Below are positions 12,541-27,017 of a DNA stretch of 64,000 nt, in pieces. Each line of letters begins with the position of its first letter. Within the stretch, counting starts at the first letter, position 1. A program made the translations under genes and the position numbers. Source of the DNA: Tricharina praecox (lineage: Eukaryota); contig NW_026250405.1 of assembly GCF_024521635.1 (NCBI RefSeq), forward strand, positions 806,001 to 870,000, read 5' to 3'. The notes under the pieces were generated by a model, which worked only from the letters and a program-made list of their open reading frames with translations, was not told the origin of the DNA and made no database searches.

Positions 12541-15500
12541 TGCTCGTCTTCGTCCTTCCCTCTCCCATGAGCCCTATATACCACCTATAGTGGAGTACTG
12601 ACCAGTTACATGTACAGCGTCGAACAGCCCCATCGGACCCGCTGAACAACATCCATGTGCTCCGTCAAACGGAGTGTGCAGGCGAGTTTGAACCACTCGA
12701 CACAGCAATCTGGGTACAGATGTTCCTCGCGATTCCCTCTCCGCTCCGCATCGACAACCCTGGGGCCTGCACTTCGGTGTCACCCATAAGCACCCAACCA
12801 TGATTTCCAGCTTATGGGGGCGGCTCCAGGTACCCGAAGAACATGGGCAACTCATATACGTGACGGCCGTCTTTAGAAGGGTACATGAATGAGAAGAGAG
12901 TACAGCGGTACTAACTGCCTATACTGTGATCTGTTGATTTGTTCCCCTACGGATGGTCGATGAGCCCTCCCATTTGTCCCCCATTCGGATGGTCGACGAG
13001 AATCTCCCTCCAAGACTTGTCCAAGCGAATGGTTCTTGAAGAGCATCGCACGTGGGGTTACGGAGAAAACGAGCTGGGACGACTAGTCAAAACAAGTGCA
13101 GGATGGATACATACTTCCTATTCTACTCGAGCGTTCTGTAGGGTGGGAGATCATAAGTGGACAAGAGAAATAGGCTTCAGTGGCCCGCGTTCTGTGCTCT
13201 CACGAGTCACACCGATTTTCCTATTCCGACCCCGACTGATAACTACATACATGCACATATGTCGGAGCCCCCTCGGTTTGCGGAAGGATCGTATCGTGGA
13301 TGAACCTACCTACGATCGATCATTTTCACCGCGTCCTCCCCAGAGGAAAGGGGGAGGGGAGGGGAGGGTGGTTTCAGCTAGTGCAACCGGACGATTGGGA
13401 CTTTTATAAACCCGCAGCAGCAGCGACCAGGCCAAACATGGAGAAAAAACAACGAGACGCGGCCCAACACGCGTACGACCGACGCTGGCCCGCCCGGTTC
13501 AAGTGGGGCGACGAGGCTTGGTGGTTCCGGGGCATCACGCTAATAACATAGAGGATTGTTTATGTATGCTAGTTAGCCCGGGTCAACTTAAGTTCGGATA
13601 CGGCAGCGAGGGGAAGGGGCCGCAGAAATTCTCGAACCACCACCACCACCCGCGTTTTTGCGGGAAAAGAAACCGAATGTTTTTTTCTTCCCCCACAAGT
13701 CGCCAGCCGACGGTTCCGGGCCGATCATGGGCCGATGTTAGCACCGCCCGCTTCTTTTTCCTGGTTGGTCCCTGCATGATGGCGCGTGTCGATCAATGCC
13801 ATAGCACACACACATGGCTGATGCGCCGGCGATGCTGATGCTTCAGGTGGAGGGAGGTGGGAGGTGGGAGGTGGGCACACGAGCACTGCATCGCACCGGC
13901 CAGTCGGAACTCGGTTGTTGCGAGGAAAACTCCGGAGTCCGGATCGCTGGGAAGGTCCTGGACTACCTAACTAACAGATACCTATGACATACTCTACTCC
14001 AGACAGCGTTGGGAACGCGTGGACCCTCTCTCTCTCTCGCCTACCATGAGGATATCCAACCAGCGGTGAGGACGCCGTTATGGCCCAGACGAAAAGACTC
14101 TGAGCCTCCTTCCCCGATACAACGATATGGCGACACCTAGGTACGGTATCTCGACGTGCTGAATACTCACCAAGATGACACAGATCCGATTCCAGATAAC
14201 AATAACCACTGTCATGTCATGTCATCGTTACTATAGGATGTGGTCCGTGAAGCAAATTCGAATGCAGATGACGTGCTTAGGTTTATGCAGGTACGGCTTC
14301 CCACCATCGATGGGTATTTCAGACTTCATCTAGGATCGGAAGATCGAAACCCGAGCCACAACAGCTGTTCCTATGTACTCTATATATGTGTTTAAAACAT
14401 CGGGAAAGAACCCCATCTACCTACCTACATTTCTGCCGAACTATTCTCACGGCTTCGCGTTTTCGTGAATCGTTACCATCCAAGTGCAAGTTGCAAGTGC
14501 ACACTGGAAACCGAGATTTTGACCCTTCATTCCAGCTTCCAGGGCAGCTTCCAGCATACAGGGCAGTTTCCAGGGCACCGGCAGCGCCAGGACTGCCAGA
14601 TGGGCTGGGCATTGAGTGTTGTCGACGTCGTGCATCACGCCGCCTCTGACGCTCCTGGCTTCAGCGAGATGGGAGTGGAATCATTGCCTGGATTTTATTG
14701 GCCAACCCCCTCTCCCCCACCCTTGAGAACTACCTACTGCGGGATAACGATTAGATCAGATCAGATCAGAGACATCCGCGCTGGGTGGGTACCGCACCGT
14801 ACGATCGTGTAGTCTCCAAGTCTCCAAGTCTCCAACCCGTCTATGTATGTACCGGTATGTATGTGTGTATGTATGTGCCGGCATCGTCATAGATCATAGA
14901 ACTGCCAGGCGTTTCCCGGTATTCCGGAACAGATAGATACGGTACCTATGCATACATCATGCCAACCACACTTGTGACTTGCAAGCTCGGGCCATTTCAT
15001 TATGTATTTTTATCCACCCACATCACCATCGCCTGTTTTTCCGGCAAGCTAGGATGGGTAGGTAGGCTAGGTAATCGATCACACACCACAGCATAGCACG
15101 GCACGCGCATAACTACTCCAAGCTACGGAAGGAGATGGATACGGATATGTATTTCCAAGTGGATTTCGGGCTTGAGTGGGCACTGGGTACGGTAGAGTAG
15201 TCATGTGTACGTGTGAGGTAGGTAGTCGTGTGTACCAAGCCAGCGGTAACTACAGAACTACAGAAAATCGATGACCGAAAGTCTGAAAATCTGAAAGTCG
15301 AGACTCGAGACTCGAGTCCTGGAAGTTGAGGCTTGAGGCTTGAGGCTTGAGGGCCCCCACAAAGCTGGGCAGCTGGGCAGTTGGGCAGTTGGGCAGTTGG
15401 GCGAGATGCACAGGGATCACATAGATATCTCGGCATCTGCAGCGCAACGAAGAAAAAACTACCAGGGCCCACGAGGGTTTGTGGCAGACAGACAGATAGA

Positions 15501-18500
15501 CTGGCGCATCGTGCATCGTCCCGGATCGTATCGGACTGTACCGATATCGGACTGTATCGTGTCGGACTGTATGTACTCTAGGTATTGTGCAGTGTGGAAT
15601 CTAGATATCGTCATCGTCAAACTATCGATCCACCGTTGTTGTATTTGTTTTTGTTTTTGCACTTAGCTACACACTTGGCTACATAGCATAGCATCGTCAT
15701 GTTCGTTTCGTTTCTCGTTTGGTTAAACTGCCGAGGATTGTTAGCCAGGACGGCAGGCCGGCTGGCAGGCTGACCGGTGGTGGGGCGGGCTCCCGGGGGA
15801 GGGGGGCAATACTAGGTGGGTATACTAGGTATGCTAAGAGCGTGAGCCTTGAGGTTTGGTCCCATTTCTTGAGGAACACACCTGTTACTCCATTAATGTT
15901 TTTACGTATATATGTACCTGGGAGCACGATTATATTACCCCGTACGACCCAGCTGATATGTGGTACGTACATTGCACCGGTATGAGGAATAAACCCAATA
16001 TATATTTGTTCTGTTCCTCTGTCCAGTGTCCCTCTGTCCGTCTATCTGCGTGTGCCTGGCACCTGCCTGCCTGTCCCTGGGTGCGGACGACATGGAGTGC
16101 AGACGACATCACTCGATTCCAATTTCTGGCCGTGATCGATCTATAGTACTGGAGATTCCGTCCATGGCCATCTTGGTAGTAGCAGGGCAGCCCCACTCAT
16201 TGGGAGAACAGCTGGGGTGGATCACTGGATCACTGGATCTTCCCGGCAGTGGCCGCCGATCAACGATCACCGGGCTGGGAGTCGGGCTGGGAATCGGGTT
16301 GGGAGTCGGGGATAGCAGTAGATATTAGATACCGGCGAGTCGCGGCTCGCGAGAGACGCAAGTTGCAGCGAGACCTGGATCCTGTGGTTTGTTTGTTTTG
16401 CTAGTTAGATATACGTCCCCAGTAGTTACATATGCGGATGTGTATTTATGGCCCAGAGACACGATCAAACCTAGGCATGTACATATGTAGTCTTTCATCA
16501 TCGATCTTCCAAGGGTCCTAGGGCCCTAACTTAGGGTCCTTCTTCCCACCTGCTTTCTCCAGCAGTGCATACACAGCTAAATCTACTTACATTTCTAGTT
16601 TAAGGAGTTAACTATCGGCAACGGAAGGCCAGCCGAATTCTGCAGGTATCTACTAGGACTCTACATAGGAGTGCGTCTGTCTACGGATTGAACCCTTGGC
16701 AGCTAAATTGAATACCGGTCCTTAAACCTTTGTCCCATTTCTTTTTGTTTTATTCTAGTTTTTGTTTTGTTTTGTTTTACTCCAGATTGGCAGATTGTGG
16801 TCCAGACTTCCAGGGGCTTTATTCTATGCACCATCTATTTCGTTCCATTATTGAATAACTAAAACTGCTCCGTCAACCTTCACGGTTTTTCACGATCCAT
16901 CGGTTTTTCTTATTCACTTGTTTCAACTTCCAAGTTTCAAATTTCGAATACACCTCCAGGTGACAGGTGACAGGTGGCAGGTGACAGGTCGTCGAGATCA
17001 TTCCCTCGTCCCGGCAGCAACGTTTGATTCTTTCAGAGCTCCCGGGAGACTCTCCTTCCTATAGATATACATCTTAATTTTTTTCTCCGGGTTCCATCAA
17101 GTCTACTACCGGTAGTAATTAAATCTGGGCTGAACTTTGGGTCTGGGACACTCCGCGGTCCAGTATGTCGATGATCCACTGTCCAAGTGTATGTACTGGT
17201 ACTAGTTATACACGACTTGCAACTTGCAAAGTCCTGGTAGGCGGATCAGATGTCATGTGACTTCGACTCCCGTTTCGGGGCTTAAATTCTCCACCGCTAT
17301 ATATCCGTACGGTGCCGATGAGGACTTTGTTCCTACTAGGTAGGTAGTACTCTAGATATCCGCGTTGCCGACCTCCCAATCGCCCTTGCCGATGATGCGT
17401 AGGCGGCGGAAGCCACTGCTACTATATAGGTATTTTACTCCACTTCACTAGATACCTACTATGCATACCTAGTGACTGGCCTTCGGTGCTCGACTTTCGA
17501 CGGAGAGATCCGTAACCCGTTTCAGTGCGTATGTATTGTACAATCAGCCAGGAGGGAACAGCAGTGTTTCCGGAAGGTACCTACTCGAATAACTACTGCG
17601 GCACGTGTACTCCAGCATCTTTCAATGCAAATTTTAGCCTCCGAATGGGCTCCTGCGATGGTTCGACATCTGCTAATCGCCAATCTTCAATTGAGAATAC
17701 ATATCCACCAGAAACCTTACGGTCACCCCTTCCCTCGGGGAGAGACGTGGGTATGCATGAAAACAATTCTTACGGCAATAACCAAAACGGAAGGGGGGAT
17801 ACGTAGGTACATAGAGAAAACTCACGGAAGAGATTCTCGGTTGTGAGAGAGAGCGAGATCCAACAAAAACGTCACCCCTATATATTTATGCCTGTACTAT
17901 AGGTAGTTAACCGGGTCCTTGCTGTGCCACTGCTTCAACCGAAGAAGCAACTCCCAGTGGTTGGTTAGAGTAGTTACCTAGTCAGTTACTCTGGTCATGC
18001 CTGCTCATTCCACCCAGTCGCTTGCCTGTGGCCCAGCGTCTGGCTTGCTGACAGCATGCGTCTGTCTGTCTGTTGGAGATCGATAACGTTGGAATGTATT
18101 CATGTATGCACTGGTACATACTCTTCATAGACGTGGCGATGGGCTGTGCGGAAGATTAGGTGGAAATGAAACTATGCGCGAAGATTTGATGTCAAAGCGT
18201 TGTGGAAAAGCAATGCTTCGAAATAAAATGGTGCCGGGGCTGAGCTGGGTGGTTATTTACTTGGTTAGCAGTGAAGTTGTATAAAAGTAGTTACGGGAGA
18301 GATGGCTTCCGCCAGTAGTTAGTTATGCAGAGTAGATTAGAGATCCACGAACAGGACTGCAGCTGGGAATTACCTGTACGGGATATCGTACTAATACTGG
18401 GAAATACGCAGCATAACTACAGCCAAACCTATAGGGTAAATGCACAGCACCACGGACCATCGTGTGGCGTATCAGGCATAAATAGTAAGAAGTACTTACA

Positions 18501-21500
18501 TAGCCAGAGTAAAAGTCGTGTCCTGTTCGGGAATTAGTTAAGCGCAAAAACGCAACATAAGAGATCCACTGACTAAGTGGGGGTAACGGCACTCGACTCT
18601 ACTCTCCTCCATTCATCTACGGTACTCTACTTGACTTTACTCTGCTCTACTCAGATAGCTATCGAGATCGTCCAACCTGAACACCTTCCAGCCTGATCAA
18701 CCCTAGCCTTGCTCACCGTCCCCGAGGCCTCACCCATCACCTGATCCTCTGCCACCATGCATAACTACCAGGCGACAAACGTCATACGAAAGGTTCTCGC
18801 AGTACCTACTTCAGATGAGTTGGTCGGAAATTTACTGCTGGAAAGGGACAACGAAGAAGATCAGTCTTGCGTACATAGACTCTGAGCGCCCAAGCCGAGA
18901 ATCCTTTCGAAGCCGGGGTTGAGTGACGTCGTTACGGTATCTACATGTACGAAGTAGGTACATACTCAGTTACAAGCAAGCGTAATGCGTGGCCTTCCGC
19001 AGAATTGTGCGGTCCGACCAACTACATACCTATCACGCAGATACCTTGGATGCACCGTACCGTATCGCGATACATATGTAGGAAGGTGGTCTTCGGCCGG
19101 AGGGTGCTGAGAGGTAGGTCTGCTGGGTGGGGGCGAGCGAGTCTCGCTCCGCAGAAATACCCAGGCATGAAGATACCTAGTCCAACAACATTCCATTCGA
19201 GATGCGTTTCCAAGGCCGATTGGGCAACGGTTCATCCCGGATCCCCAGCGTCAGCACGACGTGAACCTAATGGTGCGCCGGCATCTCAATATCGCGGATA
19301 CCGACATACGGTGAGATGGGGCGAGATAACAGAGCTACTACTACTAGCAGTTACTCCAACCAGGTAGCTTCCAGCCACCGGAACACCTGCCAATCATCAC
19401 TAACCACCACCACCATAGCTAACTACCCCACTCCCCTTCCATCGTCATCCTCATCATCCTCACCACCACCATCACCACCACCACCACCTCTGCATATCTG
19501 CATCTCTTCAGGTCCCGTTCGATACTCTATTCCTTGGAAAGTCAATCGTGTCTAACCACACCGCTCATGATCAATGCAAACCCCCGCTACCGAAACGAGC
19601 GTGCGAACCCGGAAGCGCTCCATCGACTTGCCGCAGCTATTCCCCGCGACGCATGTGTTCCTGCGCTGGCAGATGCATACGATCCGTATCTCTCTCTGTC
19701 TCTCCTGGATGGACGATGGGGGTAAGGGGGCACATGATTGATCTACATACATCCACCTCCAACCCCCCACCCCCAAGCGAAGCGACACTCACCGAACAGA
19801 GAAGGTGGATCATCTTCACAAGCCCGTCACCTACATATCTACGTACATGACGTACTCTACTCACATACGTACCCCAATAAGCTCTTCTCTCCCCGCACTT
19901 TTTGCCTACTAACCACGGCGTTCGTTACTCGCTTGGTCGGTCGGCCGCGGTTGGTGCGCCGCAATATATATTGCGCACCGCATGCCCAGGCACGAAGCTT
20001 CACACCGACCGACAGACTCGCCCTGCATGTGCGTCGTATGTGTGGGTGTGTGGGAAGTGGATGTGTGGGTGAGTCGATGGGTTTGGCTTGTGTATCTCCA
20101 GCCCTCTTCCATCCTCCCACGAGTCCCCCGGAGGAGGAGGAGGGAGCAGGAAGGAGGCCGAAGAGGAGGTGATTCCCAGCAGATCGTCATCAGGACAGAT
20201 GCCAGGCACATACGTATCTACACAACTTAGCCGGAAAGAGTGGCAATACACAATACGAATAATCGTACGTGCCGCGATAACGCGTGAGGTGGGGGGTGGA
20301 GAAGGCGGTTAAGTTGGATGAAACATAAAAAGAATCGGACCCCCACCAACGGAGCAAACAGCGTTGGCACAGGCATACCATATAGTTATTGAACTTAATA
20401 ATTGCACCACACGGCGCCTCTCGGGCAATTGGGCTCCGCGCTCCGGTCGTGTTCATGGCCGTCACTCGTCTGCCCGCCCGCCCTGTCCTGCCCGCCTCTT
20501 GCGTTATGCTCGCCAAAGAAATAGCGCCACTGGCTACCAAGGTACCGCAGTCACTGATACCTGGTAGAGTACCTGGTCCTTCGTCTCAAGCTGCCTCGAG
20601 TCTCGACTTTCAACCACTTGCCAACGTATTTTTAGACCAAAAGAAAAAGAAAACAAATCGCAGAAATCGCCTATGTATGAAATCAATCACCGGATCCCTG
20701 ATTCTAGCATAGCGTTGAATCTTCCTCCCCTTTGCCGGTTATTTGGATCTCTTTTTTTTCCTTCTTTTTTTCCTTTTTGATTTTGATTTCCATTTCCATT
20801 TCGATCTTTGATCTGTTTACTTTTTTGCAATTCCTTGTCCAGCCGCGTTTCGAATCCCAACGGATTGGCAGGGCCGCACGTGCATAAAGGCAGGCTTTTT
20901 TTGTTTTGTTTCTTTAGCTTTGTTTCTTCTTTCTTGCTTGGTTTCGAGAAGTTCCGTCAACCTTGAATGATGTGTGCAGAGCAAAAGCAACTGATCCAGA
21001 TATACTCCATTGCTCATATGTGTTGTACATAGCAGCTGGTGAGAGCCATGCGATGGCCGAAGCCTGAAGGAACGTTCAAGTTATGTGTTCTTTCGTTCTT
21101 TTCAACCACGTTTATGCAGGCTCCCGTACCTACCTGCTCCACGTATTGTAGGTACACAGAGTACCTACTTTACACATACCGGCGATCATCCCCCGTGCGT
21201 GCGCACTCGTAGAGTACTCTATCTACATAACTACGGGGCGGGACCGGACCGAGAATCCCTTCGTTCCCTTCCTGGCTCCCCTCTCCTCTCCTCACGTCAG
21301 CAATTGCATCAGAAAGCGAACGGGCACTTGTACATCCCGTATAAGTACTTAAGAACCTAGATAGGTAGACGATAGAGTGTTTCGTGCTGTCTTTGGTCCG
21401 GGTGGTACATAGCTGGTAACTACTGACTACCCAGTACGTATAGTACGGTAGGTACTGGCCGTTGGATGCGCTCCCTGTAAATCTGTACGGCGAAGTTGAC

Positions 21501-23794
21501 AGGGAAGGAAGGGAACGGGTTGTCACGTCTTCTCACTCGTGCTCGAGCGAGGGCGAGAAGGCAATGGTGGAACACTACCTGGTCTAGTCCGCTCTGCACC
21601 GCTCCGGCGAATTCGGTCCATGGGGGGAGAGGGAGGGGATAATGGTCGCGGTGGATGCTCTATCTAGGAATCTCGACAGGCGCCCGGCTGGAAAAAAAAA
21701 TCCAACCAGGGGGGGGGGGGTTATCTCTGGAATTGAGTGGTGGTGGCGGCGGGCCGCAAAGATCATCGTTTACTATCGACGGAGATCATGTCCGTACATA
21801 GTGATATAGGCAAGTACTTGCCTAGATATGCAATGAATGCCTGCTGGCGGCTTGCTTACTCACTCACTTGTTCACTCATACCCGGACTGGACTCGATGTC
21901 CTTATCTGCTGTGTAGCAGTGCGAGTCGGCTCCTCCGACGGTTTTTGCGGATGGATGGATGGGTGAAGAAATGGCTTGACGTATGTAGAGTACTCTAGTA
22001 GGGCACTAGCAAGTGAACGGTACGGAACGGTCAGGTTTCCGTAGGGGTGTGCAGCGTAACCCGGTGCAGTTACCCAAGTTTCCATAGTGGTTGCATGACG
22101 CATCACTCGACACGATGTTGTCACGCCCGAAAAGTGAGGCGAAAGCACGTACATACTAGCCGACGACCTAACTGCTGGATGGGTTGTACCGTCTCACCGA
22201 CCTCACCATTGTACACTGCAGATTGTACGTAGACAGACAGAAGCTTGGCCGACCGACACTGCAGGCGGGGCCCAGACTCATCCTGCACCTCTCCTCCCTC
22301 GCACCCTACCTATATCAACTTGCAGGATATACCTCCTCAAGCCCTATACTATATAACCCTCAGTATGCAGGGCCTCGATCCCACTTCTCCGCCAAATCTT
22401 GATCTCGCCAAAAGCAAATCCGCGACCCAACAAGACACGCCCCCCCCCCCCCCCCCCCCCAGCTCGGCCTTCCGTTGAGAGAGCACGGCATACCAAGTAG
22501 GTACTCTACAGTGCCTGGCTGTGGTCAACGCACTCTATCGCGAACACGGTGGGCCCGGAGGCATGGAACCTTTTTTTTCCTTTCGGACTCCCTCCATCCC
22601 TCCCTTTACTCTACAGCTTCTCCGCGAAGGTGCCACAGCGTCGGGTGCTTTGCTAGTAGGCCGTCTCTGGATCTATGTATGTATCTATGATACATACGGG
22701 CGATAATACGGAGCAGGTGTATATAGAGTACGTGCGGTACGTAGATGGGTACTTATACCCCCCTCACCCCCTCACCCCCGTGAGCTGCGCGACAGACATG
22801 GAGACACCGAGACTCCACTTCCACCGCAGACAGGCAGGGTGGCACCGGATCCGCTGCTGTGCTACGCACGCACGCACGGAACAGGCACAGGCACGGCCCA
22901 GCCAGAACTCCACCAGAGGACACTTTGTTGTCGCTGTAGGTCCTTCCCTCCGATCTGGGTGGCCGGATCGATGTACAATACATACCTGCGGTGACGGGGT
23001 TTCGGGACGCTGGTGGGGGGAGGGGCGTGTGCTGCCCCAGCCTCGCGGCGGCGGCGGCGGAGGCGTCGTCGTCGGCTTCCGTTTTGGGCGGCGTGGATAG
23101 ATGGATGGATTGTCCGATGCGGCGATGTTGGCGTCAACCCCCGACTGATCTGCGTGGTTCGGCCAACAGGGCTAGAACTCTCGGTGCGTCGGGCTGTACG
23201 GATTTGTGGCGAGCAGCTATTCGATCGAGCATGCTGAGAAGCGCTGGTGCTGTGGGACGGGGCTGGAAACTCATATGTACATACATACAATGTACATTCC
23301 TTGAGGTCATCTGACCAGTGACCACCCGTCTCCGTCCAGACCGCACGAAGCAAGGAATAGCCTCGAGTGATACCTTGGGATGTGGCCCTACCCGCTCACT
23401 CACTCAGAAACTGAAACCTGCTCCATGATATCCATTTTGGAATGTCCTTCGACGGGTAATCGTAGCTAAGCATCTTGTGTGGGAATTCTCTACGCTCGCC
23501 ACGGTCCGGACGGGAGGAATGACTGCAATCTGGAATACCTACAACCTGTAACTAGCCTGCAGGACGATTCCTCCTCCTACACCACCACCACCACCACCAC
23601 CACCCTAACTTCTATGAGTTATAACTTCCATGCATATATACAGCAGACACATCCGATCTATCCTATAGCCTCTACCTACCTAGTACCTAGGGCCCTATTG
23701 ATGTCCGATATCCGATGTCAGGAACTGCACAGTGCACAGTGCAAACCTTCCCGCAGATTCACACGGATTCACAGAAGGCGGATGCTCACGGATT

Positions 23795-24059
23795 CAGTGT
23801 TCTATCATACATAGTCCAGTCCAGTCCGTCGGTCCAGTCCATCCGTCTCGAGCCTCGGACTGGACTGGACTGGACTGGACTGGACTGTATCTTAGCAGTC
23901 CGTCTGGGAGCGGTGTTGGGACGGACTACATATTTTTACGCAGTCCGTCTATGGGGCCGGAATGGACCAGATCTTGGCAGTCTGAACTGGACTGGACGGA
24001 CTGGACGGACTGGACGGACTAAACGGACTACAGTCCGGACCAGACTATGTCGAACACTG
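23795..24059. mobile_element. Non-autonomous hAT-type MITE (family A, 265 bp) with 8-bp TSD CACGGATT
   Basis: Left end CAGTGTTCTA..CATAGTC and right end GACTATGTCGAACACTG form an imperfect TIR. CACGGATT is present at 23787-23794 and 24060-24067. Dense GGACT/AGTCC subterminal repeats. Confidence 0.9.
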
Positions 24060-24850
24060 CACGGATTCCTATTCCTATGTATCCTGGCTGAGGAGTAGTA
24101 ACTACCTAGTCCGTCCGTCCGTCCGCCCGTCGGGACAGCCGGCCATATCTGGCCGGGGGCTTAGAAGGTTGTCGTCCACTTCCTCGTCCACACGCCGAGT
24201 GACCTACTAGTAGGGGGTCCTGGGACCAGGTGTCTTTATGGAGGAGGAGGACTACTCTACAGGCTGCAGAGAACGGGGAACCAGGGCGGCCGTCAGGATG
24301 TCGAGTGATACAATATGATCCTACCTACAGGCTACAGTAGTAACAATCTACAGCATTCACGCGGTTACGGTACTCGCGGTTGCTCGCCTCCAGTTACAAA
24401 GCCAAAAAGCCACAAAGCCAGTCCGTTTTCCAGACTTCCAGACTTCCAGAATTCCAATAGGGTACTCCACTCTCGAGGAATCGGTCATTACCTATAGTAC
24501 TGTATGTATCTAGAGCCAGGAAGGGACGGATCAACCATGGAGAGATCATGAACCTGAACCTGAACCTTTAGCAGATGCTAGATACTAGATAATGCCTAGC
24601 AGTATTGGTATCTACTCATATCAACTCATATCAACTCATATCAACTCATATCATAGCACTCTACTCTACAACAGCCTACAGGCAATTTTTTCCGTTTCGT
24701 TGTTTCCCGTTCGACGGTGCGCGATCGAGGCAATGGCTTTCCCCTCACTGTTGTTACCGTATGTACAAGTACACCAACTCACCAACCCACCAAACAGCAT
24801 ACCATTCCCACACTCGCCCGCCATCCACCATCGCCGGCGGCGGCGGAAAG

Positions 24851-27017
24851 CTACTTAATGAAGCTCTCCATATCCTTCAGGCCCCTCTTGAAGCCGTGTT
24901 CAAACTACGCCGATTGTCAGTGTATACATCCCCACAGGTATCCCTATACTCGGGCTGGGGTTAGGGCCGGACTTACCTCCCACAGGAACTGACTTCCGAA
25001 ACCCGCCGTTTCGGCCACATGTTCCCTGAGCCTCTTTCCCGACCATAGGTTGACGAAACCAATCGTGGCGCCCTTCCTCGCGGACTCCCAAAACGTCAGA
25101 GCATCCCAGAACCCGACATCGTATCCCGCCGCGAACCGGTAGTGCTCCATGTTCTGTCCGGGGGCGTTCTGGTTCCAGTACTCCGCGTGTTCCTCGATAG
25201 CGATAGTTCTGATTCTCGCCTGCTCGCGCTTCGCCTCCGCGGCGATCTCGGCGACTCGCTGCTCGGCCAGCGTGAGGCCGACGGGTGGGACGACGTTGCC
25301 CTTGCGGCTCTGCTCGACGAAGCCCCATTCGCCGCCGTCCATCCACGCCATCTTCGCGGTCCAGAAGAAGGCGCCGCCGTTGACCGGCTTCAGCGTTTGC
25401 TCCCAGCGCTGCGACTGCGCGATGCCGAATTGCCGCACGAGGTCGGGCCGTGCCTCCGCCGAGACTTTGGCCCACGACTCGCCGTCGAGCACGCAGCTGT
25501 ACTCGCCGATCACAGTGCCCACTTCCTTGTCGTTGTAGCTGGCGATGTCGCTGCCTTCTTTGGCGATTGTCGCGATGATCTCCGCCGGCGAGCGGTTCTT
25601 GTTGTACGCGTCGAAGCAGTAGTATTTGTGGATGTCGATTACCAAGGGAGGAGAGATGAGCGGGTTGCTACGGCGGGCGTTGTTCTTGCCCACAGCGTAC
25701 TGGGATGTCCGTCAGCATTCGGAAGGGTGAGAGGAGCGGGTGTGAAAACAAACATCGAGGGCAGGAACACTGTTCCACGCATCGCTGAGATAGACCGGCA
25801 ATGTCGAGTCGATTGCCGCAATTGCACCGAGCGTACCATCGTACCAAGTCCACATTCCGCGATCACCAGCGCCAGTGATGGCCTCATTGACCAGCTGCAG
25901 TCCGATAACCCAGACCTTCATGATGGGATCCTGTGCGACGGCCCTCGAGATAGCCACCAGCACCTCTGTCGCGCGCTGCCGGAACCAATCATTCTCCCAG
26001 AACTCACTTTTTTTCGAATCTATTCCGGCCATGGCACAGGTGAGTATGTAGGTACTTATTCACCCCCGCTCCACACCAGGTAAGGGCGGCGACATACCAG
26101 TGCCGGAATGCTCATCCGTGTTTGCGCCACCGGGAAGCGCGTGCAGATCCAAGAGCACACCGATGCCGTGCTCGGCTGCCGCCTGCACGTACCGGCGCAC
26201 CCACATCCACGCATTCTCGTACACGGCCGCATACGGCTCGAACGCGGTGCCACCGCAGTAGTGCGGGCCGAGCGTGAACCAGCCAATGGGCAGCCGGACG
26301 GAGGTGACCTTCGCTGTGTCCCGCAGGAACACCCAGTCGGCGGGTGTCATCGCGGAAGCCCAGTGCTGGTAGATACAAATCCCGAGTCAACGATGGACGG
26401 GGAGCGGGAGTGTAGCTGCTACTGACCTCTTCCCATTTGGCCCGTGCGGATTCTATTCCGTGGGCCTCCACCCATGCGCTCACGGCGGAGAGCTCGCTGC
26501 CGCCCTTTGCCGTGTCGAGGAACATTCCCGGGAACAGCCATCGCTCGAGCACAAACACGGAGCCAATGTTTGCGCCGTGATGAGTGCGGTACCGGTTGAT
26601 TTCGGGGACTGTTGGTGGGCCCATGCGGGGCTGAACCTGTGCCTGAGCCTGAGCTTGAGCTTGAGGCGGAGGCGGTATGCTCGGCGGAGGTGGGGGGAAC
26701 TGCGCATGTGGTGGCGAGGCTGTATGTAACTGTTGCTGTTGTGGCGGCGGAGGCGGTGGTGGCTGGTACTGGTTCTGCTGGGTTTGCTGTCCGAATTGTT
26801 GCTGTCCGAATTGTTGCTGCTGCTGAGCATGAGGCTGCTGCGCATGAGGTTGCTGAGCATGAGGCTGTTGGAACTGTTGCTGGTGCTGCTGTTGCTGCTG
26901 CGGCTGGGCAACTGGCTGGGGATGGTGGCCGCTGCTGGCGCCATGGTCATCGAAGGATATTCCGAGGCGCTCGTTGAGCTTGAACTTCTTATCCAACCTG
27001 TCAAAGTATTTCTTCAT
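24851..27017 (-). CDS. Glycoside hydrolase family 5, glucan 1,3-beta-glucosidase-like (YBR056W/exg3-type), no signal peptide, Q/P-rich N-terminus; exons 27017-26427, 26365-26098, 26019-25754, 25699-24977, 24904-24851
   Basis: Motifs HGANIGSVFVLERWL, SVRLPIGWF, GVLLDLHALPGGAN, LQLVNEA (acid/base Glu), VIDIHKYY, VIGEYS (nucleophile Glu) and GAFFWT. Four canonical introns join the ORF-track fragments. Confidence 0.9.

Noticed and set aside
21807..21824. 18-bp perfect palindrome TAGGCAAGTACTTGCCTA
   Set aside because: It is isolated, with no second copy or associated feature, so no function can be supported.
23810..24050. GGACT arrays as a CRISPR-like or telomeric repeat
   Set aside because: There are no unique spacers of constant length, and the arrays are explained as MITE subterminal repeats bounded by TIR and TSD.
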